In this document: positions 32,002 to 42,228 of the stretch, piece after piece
Layout: each line of letters opens with the position of its first letter
How positions within the stretch are numbered: position 1 is the first letter of the stretch
Made by a program: the position numbers and the translations under genes
Notes under the pieces: model-generated
Seen by the model: the letters and a program-made list of their open reading frames with translations, nothing else
What the model was told of the DNA's origin: nothing
The model's database searches: none
Origin: Vulcanimicrobiota bacterium
GTDB lineage: Bacteria; Vulcanimicrobiota; Vulcanimicrobiia; Vulcanimicrobiales; Vulcanimicrobiaceae
Length of the DNA: 64,000 nucleotides
Direction of reading: 5' to 3'
Assembly: GCA_963795855.1 (NCBI GenBank)
Contig: CAWCIZ010000003.1
Span: 640,001 to 704,000, forward strand

Positions 32002-34107
32002 GCTCGACGCACCCATTGCGCCGGCGGCAAAAATCGGATGCACGATGCCCACCGCGGCTAACGGCACGAGCACGATGTTGTAGGCGAACGCCCAGAACAG
32101 ATTTTGTTTGATCGTGCGCAGCGTCGCGCGCGAGAGTTCGATGCCCGCGGCAACCGCGCGCGGATCGTTCGAGAGCACCGCGACATGTGCGGTTTCTATC
32201 GCGATTTCCGTACCGCCGCCCATCGCCAGACCCACGTCCGCGCTTGCAAGTGCGGGCGCATCGTTGATGCCGTCGCCGACGAATGCGACGCGTGCGTTCT
32301 CATTGCGAAGGCGAGCGACGATCTCGGCTTTACCTTCGGGCGAAACGCGCGCGTGCCAGCCGTCGAGGTGCAGCCGCTCCGCCAAGTCTTGCGTGGGCGC
32401 CGGTGCATCGCCGCTCACGATTTGCACGGCGATGCCGTCGGTTTGCAGCCGCGAGACCGCTTCGAGGGCTTCGGGCCTAACGGCGTCGCCCAGGTCGATT
32501 GCGCCGAGTAACGAGCCGGCGTCGGCAACGTACACGCGCGTGTCGTCCGCAGCCCCCAGACCATCGCTGCCGATTCCGCGCGCGGCGAGAAACGCTTCAT
32601 TTCCAACGTAAAACCGGCGACCGTCGATCGTACCGGCAATGCCGCCGCCGCGCTGGGCGACCACGTCGGTTGCAGACGCGCTCTGAACGATCCGGTCGTG
32701 CGCCGCGCGGACGATCGCTGCGGCGAGCGGATGGGTCGACGCGCGTTCCAAAGCGGCAGCCGCGGCGAGAACTTCAACATCGGTGCGATTAGCGGCCGGA
32801 TGCACCGCAAGAACTTCCGGTTTGCCGATCGTCAGCGTGCCGGTCTTGTCGAACAATACAGTGCGCACCCCACCAAGCCGCTCGACGGCGTCGGCGTCGC
32901 GGAAGAGCAAACCGCGGCGCGCCGCCGTTCCAACCGCGACCATTATTGCCGTCGGCGTTGCCAAACCGAGCGCGCAAGGGCACGCGACGACCAGCACGGC
33001 AACTGCGGCGATGAACGCGTGCGCGAGCGGATGATGCGCTAGGAGCCAGCCGGCGAACGTCAGCGCCGCAATCGCGAGAATGCTCGGAACGAATACGCCG
33101 GCGGCGGAATCGGCTAAACGCTGCACGCGCGGCGTGCTTCCCTGGGCGCGTCGAACGACTTCGACGATCTTAGCGAGCGTCGTGCCCGCGCCGACCGCTT
33201 GCGCGCGAACGAACAGCGCGCCATCCCCGTTGAGCGAGCCTTGTTTCACGTTTTCGCCGGCTGCGACGGCAACCGGAATCGGCTCGCCGGTCAGCATCGA
33301 GGCGTCGATTGCGCTCGTTCCCTCGACGACGACGCCGTCCACGGGAATGCGTTCGCCTGCGGGGACGAGCAGCTCTTGTCCGACTTGCACCGAATCGACC
33401 GCGATGCTGCGTACGGTTCCATCCGGTTCGCGCAGCAGCGCAAGCATCGGACGCAAATCCAAAAGCGCGCGAATGGCGCGATTGCTTCGGCCGCGCGCCG
33501 CTGCTTCCAAATATTTTCCGGCGAACACGAGCGTGACGATGGCACTCGCGGTTTCGTAGTACGACGGCTGTGCGGAGAGCGTGCCGTAGATCGAAAAGCC
33601 GAACGCGGCGGTCGATCCCAGCGAAACGAGCGTGTCCATGTTCGTCGTCCCGTGACGCAGCGAGGCGAGCGCGCCGCGATGAAATTCACCGCCCACGATC
33701 GCCCACACCGGAAGCGTGAGCGCGAACATCACCCAATCTTTGTACGGAAACGTGGCGGGCGTCATACCGAGCGCCAGCGTCGGCACGAACAGCACCGCCG
33801 CGAAGATCAGCAGCGCGCGTTTACGCCGGACTTCCGCATCGCGCCGGCGAGCATCTTCGTCGGGCATGTCGTCGCGTACGACGGACGCGCCATAGCCGGC
33901 CGCTTCGATCGCCGCGACGAGCGCTTGCGTTGCTACGGCGGCGTCGTGCGTTACGGCGGCGCGCTCGGTCGCCAGGTTGACTTGCGCTTCGGAAACGCCC
34001 GGCACTTTGCGAAGCGCGCGTCCGACGTGGGCGACGCACGATGCGCAGGTCATGCCGGAAACCGCCAGCTCGGTAACGACCCAGACGGGCGAACCTGTCG
34101 TGGTCAC
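31954..34107 (-). CDS. copA: Cu(I)-type P1B ATPase
   Basis: GMTCASC metal-binding domain, TGE, CPCALGLATP, DKTGT, HP, GDGIND, YN and GAM..SS. Confidence 0.93.
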   Translation of the reverse strand: MTTTGSPVWVVTELAVSGMTCASCVAHVGRALRKVPGVSEAQVNLATERAAVTHDAAVATQALVAAIEAAGYGASVVRDDMPDEDARRRDAEVRRKRALLIFAAVLFVPTLALGMTPATFPYKDWVMFALTLPVWAIVGGEFHRGALASLRHGTTNMDTLVSLGSTAAFGFSIYGTLSAQPSYYETASAIVTLVFAGKYLEAAARGRSNRAIRALLDLRPMLALLREPDGTVRSIAVDSVQVGQELLVPAGERIPVDGVVVEGTSAIDASMLTGEPIPVAVAAGENVKQGSLNGDGALFVRAQAVGAGTTLAKIVEVVRRAQGSTPRVQRLADSAAGVFVPSILAIAALTFAGWLLAHHPLAHAFIAAVAVLVVACPCALGLATPTAIMVAVGTAARRGLLFRDADAVERLGGVRTVLFDKTGTLTIGKPEVLAVHPAANRTDVEVLAAAAALERASTHPLAAAIVRAAHDRIVQSASATDVVAQRGGGIAGTIDGRRFYVGNEAFLAARGIGSDGLGAADDTRVYVADAGSLLGAIDLGDAVRPEALEAVSRLQTDGIAVQIVSGDAPAPTQDLAERLHLDGWHARVSPEGKAEIVARLRNENARVAFVGDGINDAPALASADVGLAMGGGTEIAIETAHVAVLSNDPRAVAAGIELSRATLRTIKQNLFWAFAYNIVLVPLAAVGIVHPIFAAGAMGASSLFVVGNSLLLQRKRG

Positions 34108-34304
34108 GCCAGTTCGTAGCCCGCTTCGGTGAGCGCCGCGCCCAGATCAGGGCGTTCGATCGGGCGCTCGGCATCGATCCGCGCCGTCCCGGCTTTCAGA
34201 TCGACCTCGACCGAACGGACGCCCGGTACGGCCGTCAGAGCTTGGGTGACGTGCCGCACGCAATTTTGACAGGTCATGCCCGTCACACTAATGGTCTGAA
34301 TCAT
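34104..34304 (-). CDS. copZ: Heavy-metal chaperone (HMA domain)
   Basis: GMTCQNC; GTGA overlap with copA. Confidence 0.88.
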   Translation of the reverse strand: MIQTISVTGMTCQNCVRHVTQALTAVPGVRSVEVDLKAGTARIDAERPIERPDLGAALTEAGYELA

Positions 34305-34443
34305 GTTCCTTGGTTTACGATGGTTGCGGGACGGCCCCCGCATCAGCTGGAACCCTCCCTTGCGCAGGCGCGTTGCATTCAGGCAACGGTCTGCCGATAG
34401 ATTGTTGTATAGGACAGCTTTGAAAGCGAGGTTTCACCCTCCC

Positions 34444-35766
34444 ATGCATTGGCGTTTACGCCGTTGGGCTTTGGCGATCGCCCTCATCGTTGCGCTCCCG
34501 GTAACCATTGGTGCGGCTCCGGCCACGAACCCGTCGGAAGATTTGCGGCAGAGTTACGAACTTCTGACGACTACGTATTATTCGAAGGTTGATGCGCAGC
34601 GATTGCTCGACGGCGCGCGACAAGCGCTGATTGACGACGCCTCCAAACACCACGCTCACGTCAGCGTTCCCGCGGTTCACGACGCCGGCAGTTTGGACGG
34701 CAACGTCGACGCCTTGCTTTCATCAATCACGCGCGTCGGGTCGGCGCTGCACCTCTCGCAAACCCAACTGACGTACGACGCGATCGACGGTATGGCGAAA
34801 TCGCTCGGCGATCGGTACACCACGTTTTTCACCCCGGAAGAATATCGCCAGTTCAACGACGCGCTCGATCCGGAAAAGATTTCCGGCATCGGCGTGATCG
34901 TGCGCGCAGATGAAGCCAGCAAATACATTCAGGCGGAATACGTCGTCCCGGGAACGCCCGCGGACAAAGCGGGCCTGCAAACCGGCGATCTCTTCGCGAG
35001 CGTCGACGGCAAATCGCTGAAAGGCCTCACTGCCGACCAAGCCAGCGAAATGCTTCGCGGTAAACCGGGGTCGATGGTGCGCGTTCAAGCACTTCGCGAC
35101 GGCAAAGCGCTTGCGACGATGAACATTACGCGCTCGGAGGTGCAGCCCCCCACCGTCATCTACAAGATGCTTCCGCAGCACGTCGGGTACATTTACATCT
35201 TGGCGTTCGGCCGCGACACGCCGGACGAATTCGCGCTCGCGCTGGATCGCTTGCAGAAGAGCGACGTGCGCGCGTACGTCATCGATCTGCGCGACGACGG
35301 CGGCGGGTATGTGAATTCCGCGCTCGACATCAGCTCGAAGTTCATCAACGGCGATCCCCTGCTCACGATTGAGGAGCGCGGTTCGCATACCACCACCGTG
35401 GATGCGGGCGTCGATGCGCTGCCGCGCAAACCGATGGCGATTCTGGTGAACCGCTACACCGCTTCGGCGTCGGAAATCACCGCGGGAGCGCTGCAGGACA
35501 ACGGCGTCGGCGTGCTCGTGGGCGAGAAAACGTTCGGCAAAGGCGTGATGCAGTCGCTCACGCCGCTGCCCGACGGGGCCGCCATCAAGATTACGACGGC
35601 GCACTATCTGACGCCGAAAAATCACGACATCAACCTCAAGGGCATCGAGCCCGACTATGTCGTGATGGAGAACAAAGACGCGCGCTTGGGCGATCTGGGG
35701 CACGATGCGCAGCTGCAAGCCGCCATTGGCATTCTCACCAAGAAAATCGCCGACGCGCGAAACTAA
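34444..35766 (+). CDS. S41 carboxyl-terminal processing protease with PDZ domain
   Basis: GIG...PGTPADKAGL PDZ, DLR.DGGG, TASASEI, TFGKG. Confidence 0.93.
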   Translation: MHWRLRRWALAIALIVALPVTIGAAPATNPSEDLRQSYELLTTTYYSKVDAQRLLDGARQALIDDASKHHAHVSVPAVHDAGSLDGNVDALLSSITRVGSALHLSQTQLTYDAIDGMAKSLGDRYTTFFTPEEYRQFNDALDPEKISGIGVIVRADEASKYIQAEYVVPGTPADKAGLQTGDLFASVDGKSLKGLTADQASEMLRGKPGSMVRVQALRDGKALATMNITRSEVQPPTVIYKMLPQHVGYIYILAFGRDTPDEFALALDRLQKSDVRAYVIDLRDDGGGYVNSALDISSKFINGDPLLTIEERGSHTTTVDAGVDALPRKPMAILVNRYTASASEITAGALQDNGVGVLVGEKTFGKGVMQSLTPLPDGAAIKITTAHYLTPKNHDINLKGIEPDYVVMENKDARLGDLGHDAQLQAAIGILTKKIADARN

Positions 35767-36128
35767 TCCATTCGTTTAACGAGGCGGACGCGGGTGCCGC
35801 CTCGTGAATACGAGATGTCGTTCATCAGCGTGCGCATGATGATCGTCCCGAAGCGGCTCGCTCCGCCTTCTTGCGGGTCGCTGCCGCTGCTCTGAATCTC
35901 GATTTGCAGTTCGCGCTCCGCAAAAGTGCATAAAACGGAATAGCCGCCGCCGCGTTTGCTGCGGCTATGCTCGGCTGCAGTAATGAGCGCTTCCCCTGCT
36001 CCCGTCGCAATGTCGGCGACTTGGTCGGCAGAAAAACCGCAGAGCTTCGCAAAGCCCGCAATCGCCGAGCGCGCAAGCGCGATGCTTCGCGGGTCGCTGG
36101 TAAACGTGCCATGGTAAGTGGGCGGCAA
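35763..36128 (-). CDS. RsbW/SpoIIAB-like anti-sigma factor with degenerate ATP-binding boxes
   Basis: AR..IA.FA...GFS..Q..DI....EA...A.EH and FG..IMRTLM.DISY..GGTRVRLVK. Confidence 0.75.
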   Translation of the reverse strand: MPPTYHGTFTSDPRSIALARSAIAGFAKLCGFSADQVADIATGAGEALITAAEHSRSKRGGGYSVLCTFAERELQIEIQSSGSDPQEGGASRFGTIIMRTLMNDISYSRGGTRVRLVKRMD

Positions 36129-36327
36129 TGTAGCATGAGTTTAGCGAAAGCCGGGCGTTCGCGAATCAGGCCGCCGGCTCCATCGTCTAGGGCCGGGAGG
36201 CCTGCCCGCGGCGCCTACGCCGCCCTCGCTGTGCCGCCAAGCGAGGCGAGCAATATGGCGTCCGTCCCGTGCGCTTTCGAATGTGCGTGGGTACCCTCTG
36301 GCAGCACTTGCAGAAAGGGCTTCGCAC

Positions 36328-36744
36328 ATGGCTCTAGAGGACGACAGACCGCAACATGAAGGCATCGCTGCGGCGGTAAAGCAGCTCTCGGAAGATCTCG
36401 GATTACTGGTTCGCAAAGAGCTCGAACTTGCGCGCGCCGAGATGACGGACAAGGCCAAAACCGTCGGCGCCGGCGCGGGAATGTTAAGCGGTTCCGCCGT
36501 CACGGGCCTTCTTACGTTAGGTTCGCTGACGGCATTACTCATCATTGCAATTTCTCTCGCATTGCCGACGTGGCTTTCCGCGTTGATCGTTACGGTCATG
36601 TGGGGTGCCGTTACTGCGGTTCTCGCACTTGCCGGTAAGAACAAAATTCAAAACGCCGGCCCGCTCGTGCCGGAGCAGACGATACAAAACGTCAAGGAAG
36701 ACGTCGAATGGGCGAAGGACGGCCTGAAATCAGGGAGAGAGTAG
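36328..36744 (+). CDS. DUF1469/'phage holin family' membrane protein
   Basis: L.EDL..LVRKELELARAEM, two TM helices, PEQTIQNVKEDVEW. Confidence 0.8.
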   Translation: MALEDDRPQHEGIAAAVKQLSEDLGLLVRKELELARAEMTDKAKTVGAGAGMLSGSAVTGLLTLGSLTALLIIAISLALPTWLSALIVTVMWGAVTAVLALAGKNKIQNAGPLVPEQTIQNVKEDVEWAKDGLKSGRE

Positions 36745-36746
36745 CG

Positions 36747-37238
36747 ATGAAAACATCACAGCTCCTGGCCGGCCTCGGGTCGGCGACGCTAGCCCTTGCG
36801 CTCCTCGGCGCTACCCCGCACGCGGCCAAGCCGGCGCCTCATCACACGTCTGCGTCACATTTGATCACGATCCGCATGGATCTGGATTTTCGGCCGCACA
36901 AGCGCTCTTCATTCGGAAAAATTCGAGGATACGATCCGGCGGAAGTGCACGTTCACATGGGCGACAAGATTCAATGGGTCAATCCGGATGACGAAGCGCA
37001 CACCGCAACGGGTATGGCGTATACCGGGCAATCAGCGCCCGCGAATTATAAGTTCCAGGGCGACTTCACGAAACCGCACGGACGCATCATCGATGCGAGC
37101 GAATGGAGTACGGGCAACGTACGCGCACATGGCGGTAAATCGCCCGTCTTTGTCGCGAAGCGCGTCGGACACTACTTCTACGGCTGCGGTTATCATTTGG
37201 GCGTCGGGCAGATTGGCGTCATCGTCGTAGGACCCTAA
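36747..37238 (+). CDS. Secreted cupredoxin (plastocyanin/azurin-like)
   Basis: YDPAEVHVHMGDKIQWVN, HTAT, YFYGCGYH...Q.GVIVV. Confidence 0.8.
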   Translation: MKTSQLLAGLGSATLALALLGATPHAAKPAPHHTSASHLITIRMDLDFRPHKRSSFGKIRGYDPAEVHVHMGDKIQWVNPDDEAHTATGMAYTGQSAPANYKFQGDFTKPHGRIIDASEWSTGNVRAHGGKSPVFVAKRVGHYFYGCGYHLGVGQIGVIVVGP

Positions 37239-37246
37239 GCGAGATC

Positions 37247-38266
37247 CTACGGCTGCAGAACGAGAAGCGCGAACGTACCGGGCACCACGTGATAACGGTC
37301 CCGGTACGTCGTTGCTTTCGGATTGATCAGCAACTTCGCCGTTACCAAAAAGACATCACCGGTGGTTGGATCGAGCGCCATCGTGCGCGCTCCCGCTTCC
37401 GTTTTTGCATTTTGCGCGAGCGCGAAGTTGTCCGGCGCAGCTTCATGAATGACCGTAAGCGTTGCATCTCGGCCGTTTGATGCGAACGCGAGGTTGCTAT
37501 TCGGGTCGAAGCGTGTCGCGTCGGTTCCCGCACCGGTCGCGATGGTCGTCACGACACGTCCCGTGTCCGCATCGACGATACCCATCTGCCCTTCACATGC
37601 CGTGAACAACCGGCGGTTCTTCGTATCCATCGAAATACCCGACGGGCTTTGACACCTTCCAAGCGGCCAGCGCGCGTTGACGGCGGCTTTCGCCGCGTCG
37701 ATCGCAACGATTTCGCTCGTGCTCTCCAAGTTGTCGTACACCATGCCGCGGCCGTCGGCAACGGCGAATTCGGGACGGCCGTTCAACGGAATCGTGGCGA
37801 CGACCGCGTTGGTCTGCGCGTCGATGACGGTGGCGTCGTTTCCGCCTCCGTTAAACGTAAGAACGCGTTTGCTGACCGGTTCGTACACGATCGCGTCGGG
37901 ATTCTTCGCGCTGGTATGAATTGTCGTCTGCGTTTTCAACGTGCGCAGATCGAAGACGGTTACCGTACCGTCGCGCCCGTTTGACGTAAAGCCCTTCCCG
38001 AGTTCTTGCGCCAGCGCGATGCCGTGCACGCCCGGCGTGTCCGGAATATCGCCGAGCACGTGGCCGGTGAGCGGATCGACAACCATCACGTGCGTGCCGC
38101 GCGAGATGAATAAGCGCTTTCCCGCGGCGTCGTACGTGAGATAGTCCCAGCCGCCATCGCCGCCCAGCAAGAACCGGTGCGTCAGATGGTAATTCGGCGG
38201 CGTTTGCGCGGCGCCAAGCGCGGTCGCGGCAAGCGCAAGCACGGCAGCAAGTACGATCTTCATCAC
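37247..38266 (-). CDS. YncE/YVTN-type beta-propeller secreted protein
   Basis: GGDGGWDYL, GVHGIA, NPDAI.YEP, PEFAVADG, GARTMALD. Confidence 0.85.
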   Translation of the reverse strand: MMKIVLAAVLALAATALGAAQTPPNYHLTHRFLLGGDGGWDYLTYDAAGKRLFISRGTHVMVVDPLTGHVLGDIPDTPGVHGIALAQELGKGFTSNGRDGTVTVFDLRTLKTQTTIHTSAKNPDAIVYEPVSKRVLTFNGGGNDATVIDAQTNAVVATIPLNGRPEFAVADGRGMVYDNLESTSEIVAIDAAKAAVNARWPLGRCQSPSGISMDTKNRRLFTACEGQMGIVDADTGRVVTTIATGAGTDATRFDPNSNLAFASNGRDATLTVIHEAAPDNFALAQNAKTEAGARTMALDPTTGDVFLVTAKLLINPKATTYRDRYHVVPGTFALLVLQP

Positions 38267-38308
38267 GCACGCTTCGACCGTTCGGCAAGCGGCCCTGGCG
38301 CCGGGAAC

Positions 38309-39022
38309 TTAGTGAACCGCGATCGGCACCATGATGCTGTTGCCCGCTTCATCGTGAATCACTGCCGAACACGTTCCGGGCCCGATCGGCTTCACCGAAT
38401 ACGTGGCGGCAGCCTCGCCGGATGCCGCCAGTGAAATCGATGCAATGCCCTTGCACGTGTCGCGCTCGGAAAAGGCGGCGACCTTCGCGCTGCTCAGCGC
38501 CATGAAGAGATGCGACTCGGCGTTGCTGTCTATGCTGACGCTCTGCGGCGTGGCGCTTAGCGGATTGCTTGCGGCAGGCGCGGGCGCGGAGATCGCCGCT
38601 TCACCGCGGCGCCATTCGCTGCCGTCGGTGAACGTCACCGACTGCACGTGACAGGTAATTTTCGGTGCAACGAATTGCGGCAAGACGAACGCCTGGCCGG
38701 CACCGTTCGTATAACGGTGCGTAATCTCTACGCCCGGCGAAAACGTGCCGACGTCGCGAATGACGAACGTGTCGCCGTTCGAGTTCACCGCAAAATTGAT
38801 GAGATTTGCAGTCTTCGACGATTCGTTCGTAAACTGAATTTTGATGCCCGAACTGCTGGAAGCAACGGGCACGCCGAAGAGCGTTTGCGTGTTGTTGTTA
38901 TTGAGCATCGGACCGCAGGCATTGACGACTACCGGCGCAGTGCCCGCGCCTTGCGCAAAAACGGCGGGCGTCATGGCGCCGAAGAGCGCCGCAATTGCGG
39001 CCGCAAACAAGCATTTGTTCAT
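38309..39022 (-). CDS. Hypothetical secreted protein
   Basis: GAGG RBS, signal peptide, beta-rich sequence with paired Cys. Confidence 0.65.
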   Translation of the reverse strand: MNKCLFAAAIAALFGAMTPAVFAQGAGTAPVVVNACGPMLNNNNTQTLFGVPVASSSSGIKIQFTNESSKTANLINFAVNSNGDTFVIRDVGTFSPGVEITHRYTNGAGQAFVLPQFVAPKITCHVQSVTFTDGSEWRRGEAAISAPAPAASNPLSATPQSVSIDSNAESHLFMALSSAKVAAFSERDTCKGIASISLAASGEAAATYSVKPIGPGTCSAVIHDEAGNSIMVPIAVH

Positions 39023-39119
39023 TGCTGCACCTCGGTCATACCGTACCATACTTTCGACGATCGACGCACCGTCTTGCGGCGATAATAGGAACGGAGCCGT
39101 GCACGCCTAAGCACCCGGG

Positions 39120-40904
39120 ATGCGATATGCTGCCATCGCTTGCATTCTCGCGGCCGCCCTTGCCGGCTGCACGATGGTTCGTGCCGCACCTTCTGCGCCG
39201 GCTGCACCCGCCGATAGTGCGGTGCGCGGCGACCGCGCTGAAGGCTGGCTTCAGCAGAGCCGCTCGCCGGTACTCGCGCGCAACGGCATGGTTACCACGA
39301 GTCAACCGCTCGCGGCGCAGGCGGGGCTTCGAATTCTAATGCAAGGCGGCAATGCGATCGACGCTGCCGTCGCAACGGTCGCGACATTGAACGTCACCGA
39401 ACCGATGATGGTCGGGATGGGCGGCGACGTTTTTGCGATCGTCTACATTGCGAAAGATCGTAAGTACTACGTTCTGAACGCGAGCGGCGTGGCGCCGAGC
39501 GGTGCAACGGTCGCGCATCTCAATGCACTCGGATACAAATACGATCCGGCAAACTGGGGCCCCGGTTCCGGCATGCCGCCCGGTGGTATACTCGACGTCA
39601 CCGTGCCGGGATCGGTATGGGGCTGGGATGAAGTGCTTCGGCGATTCGGCACGATGAAGTTCGATCGCGTGCTTGCTCCGGCAATCGAGTACGCACAGAA
39701 CGGGTTCCCCGTCTCGGAGCGAATCGCTCACGATTGGCGTTTGCCGAACGCACTTCCGCTCCGCGGATGCTGCACGCTACTCGATCCGGATTCCGTGCGG
39801 ACGTGGTACGTCAACGGCGTGCCGCCGCGGGCGGGACAGATATTCCGCAATCGCGATCTCGCGCGCTCCTTTCGGCTGCTGCAGAAATACGGGCGCGACG
39901 TGTTTTACCGCGGTGAAATTGCACGAGCAATCGTTGCGAAATCGCGCGCGCTGGGCGGAACGATGACGCTTTCCGATCTCGCGCATTATCGCGGCGAATG
40001 GGTGCGCCCTATTGATACGCCCTATCACGGCTCGCATTTGCTCGAGCTGCCGCCGCCGTCGCAAGGATTCGCAGCGAATGAGGCGCTGAACATCTTGGCC
40101 CAATGCGTGCCGAAATTGGTGCCGGGCGAATCGCTGGCCTCACTTGGACCGGCGAATCCGCAGTACTGGCACTTGCTGGTCGAAGCGAAAAAACTTGCGT
40201 ACGCCGATCTCTATCGGTTCAACGCCGATCCGGACGTCGTACACGTTCCGGTCGCGAATCTCGTCTCAGCGCAGCACGCTGCGTCGATGTGCTCGAAGAT
40301 CGATCCGAATCGCGCCTCGACACCGGCCGCGCCCGCTGCGGATACCGGCATCAGCGATACGATCGTGCTCTCGACTGCAGATCGGTGGGGCAACATGGTT
40401 TCGTGGGTCAATAGCAATTACGACGAATTCGGTTCGGGTATCACCGTGCCGGCTTACGGGTTCATTCTTCACGATCGCGGCGGGTTGTTTACCCTGGATC
40501 CGAAAAGTCCGAACGCGATTGCTCCGCACAAGCGCCCGTTCAACACCCTTGCGGCTGGATTTATTGCGCAAGGCGGACGCCCGTTGATGACGCTCGGTCT
40601 CATGGGCGGCGACATGCAAGCGCAAGGGCACGAACAAATCGCCGTCGACGTGATCGATTTGCACGCCAACGTGCAGCAGGCCGGCGACATGGCGCGGTTT
40701 CGTCATTCCGAAATCTCGAACGCGCTGTATTTGGAGTCGCCGCTTTATCAGCTCGTCGGCGCGCGTCTGAAAGCCATGGGTCATAACGTGCGTTCGAGCG
40801 ATCGGGCGCCGATGGGCGGCTATCAGGCGATCATGGTGCTGTCGAACGGCGCTTATGCAGGGGGCTCCGATTTCGGAAAAGACGGCGAAGCCGTTGGCTG
40901 GTAG
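39120..40904 (+). CDS. ggt: Gamma-glutamyltransferase
   Basis: GGNAIDAAVA, FYRGEIA, DT nucleophile (SDTIVLSTADRWGN), FGSG, PHKRPFNT, MGG.MQ. Confidence 0.92.
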   Translation: MRYAAIACILAAALAGCTMVRAAPSAPAAPADSAVRGDRAEGWLQQSRSPVLARNGMVTTSQPLAAQAGLRILMQGGNAIDAAVATVATLNVTEPMMVGMGGDVFAIVYIAKDRKYYVLNASGVAPSGATVAHLNALGYKYDPANWGPGSGMPPGGILDVTVPGSVWGWDEVLRRFGTMKFDRVLAPAIEYAQNGFPVSERIAHDWRLPNALPLRGCCTLLDPDSVRTWYVNGVPPRAGQIFRNRDLARSFRLLQKYGRDVFYRGEIARAIVAKSRALGGTMTLSDLAHYRGEWVRPIDTPYHGSHLLELPPPSQGFAANEALNILAQCVPKLVPGESLASLGPANPQYWHLLVEAKKLAYADLYRFNADPDVVHVPVANLVSAQHAASMCSKIDPNRASTPAAPAADTGISDTIVLSTADRWGNMVSWVNSNYDEFGSGITVPAYGFILHDRGGLFTLDPKSPNAIAPHKRPFNTLAAGFIAQGGRPLMTLGLMGGDMQAQGHEQIAVDVIDLHANVQQAGDMARFRHSEISNALYLESPLYQLVGARLKAMGHNVRSSDRAPMGGYQAIMVLSNGAYAGGSDFGKDGEAVGW

Positions 40905-40978
40905 GAGCGCGCGGTCGTGCGCTCAGTAAGCACTGCGCGAATGCGGACTACGCGGCCTACCCGCCACGGGGCCTATCT

Positions 40979-42079
40979 TCAGTGATGCGGTACGAGCAAG
41001 AACCCGTGCGGGATACCGTTTAGCGTCCCCGTCCCCACGATCTCGCCGCTGTCGTTGACGTCTTGCGCGTTCGTCAGTACCCACTGCGAGCAGCTGGCCG
41101 GAATCAATGTATTGAGATCTTTTAATGTCCCGGAGACCCACACGAAGGCGCGCGAGGATTTCGTGCCGGCGTAGTTTCCGACGACGACGTCGGCGTTATT
41201 GATGGCATTGCCGATGATCGATGCGTATTGCTGCGCAACAGGCGAATCGATCTCTTGTGCACTGCTGCCGTTCGAAACGAACGTTGCCGTATTGTTCGTG
41301 TTCGTTATCGGGGAGAAGCCGACGACGTGCCCGGCATCGTTCATATCTGTGATGGCGCTGCCATCCCCGTAGATCGTGCCGGCGGGACCAACTTCGTCTA
41401 GGGAAAGGTTCGACGACGTCGCGATGCCTTTGCCGCCTGGATAGTAAAAAGGCGCCAGTGTGCCTGCACAGCCGGGTCCCCCGTTTTGGCTGAATCCGCC
41501 GAGCGCGAGGAAGCCGCTATTATTGATTGCCAGCGAGAGTGCCTGAGGCAGACCTACAGGCGGCGCGCTAACGGAAAACTCCAGCGCGAGTGCAGTGCAA
41601 AATCCCGCAATGCCGCTTTGGTACGTGATCGCCGCGACGGTTCCGGCGTTGTTTATGTGCGCATCGCTGATCGCGAGGTTCGGATCCGTTCCCACGTTGA
41701 GTGGCGTAATCGTTCCATTCGACTGGTATTCGGCAAAGGTGCTTGTGCTAAAACCAACGGCGACGCCTGCGTCGTTGACGTCGTCCAGTTCGCTGCCCGG
41801 ATACCGCGTGAGGCTTCCGTTGCGGTAGAAGAATACGCCGTTTGCAACGTTCCCGACCACCGTCCCCGAGCTGTTTATTGCGCTCGGTTGGACGTTCGCA
41901 CCCAAATCGACGAGATCGTAGAGCGCCGGAATAACAGAAGAACCGCTGTGCGCAGCGGGCGCGCCGGCATTCGGCGCCGGTTGGGTGGACGGAAGCGATC
42001 CGCTTCCGGAACCGCCGCCTCCGCAAGCGGCAAGGCTGAACACCAACAAAACCGCCGGTAGCGATGGCGATACTCGCAT
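40979..42079 (-). CDS. Lipoprotein with HAF-type extracellular repeats
   Basis: LAAC lipobox; repeated AIN..G.VVG, DLNTLIP, HGFLL; GAGGAG RBS. Confidence 0.78.
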   Translation of the reverse strand: MRVSPSLPAVLLVFSLAACGGGGSGSGSLPSTQPAPNAGAPAAHSGSSVIPALYDLVDLGANVQPSAINSSGTVVGNVANGVFFYRNGSLTRYPGSELDDVNDAGVAVGFSTSTFAEYQSNGTITPLNVGTDPNLAISDAHINNAGTVAAITYQSGIAGFCTALALEFSVSAPPVGLPQALSLAINNSGFLALGGFSQNGGPGCAGTLAPFYYPGGKGIATSSNLSLDEVGPAGTIYGDGSAITDMNDAGHVVGFSPITNTNNTATFVSNGSSAQEIDSPVAQQYASIIGNAINNADVVVGNYAGTKSSRAFVWVSGTLKDLNTLIPASCSQWVLTNAQDVNDSGEIVGTGTLNGIPHGFLLVPHH

Positions 42080-42228
42080 AAAGACTCCTCGCGGACGCTG
42101 CTTTCGCAAAAATCATGCAGCGACATCAAGGCCGGAGCATCGCCCAGTCAGGCACACATCGAGGGGACTTTTGGGTACTTGGGCTGACCTCCGTAGTGCT
42201 TTCGTCCGCCTGGGTACAAACGCCGCAA

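Noticed and set aside
36328..36744. Prophage lysis gene
   Set aside because: This 'holin family' is commonly chromosomal, and no phage genes are nearby
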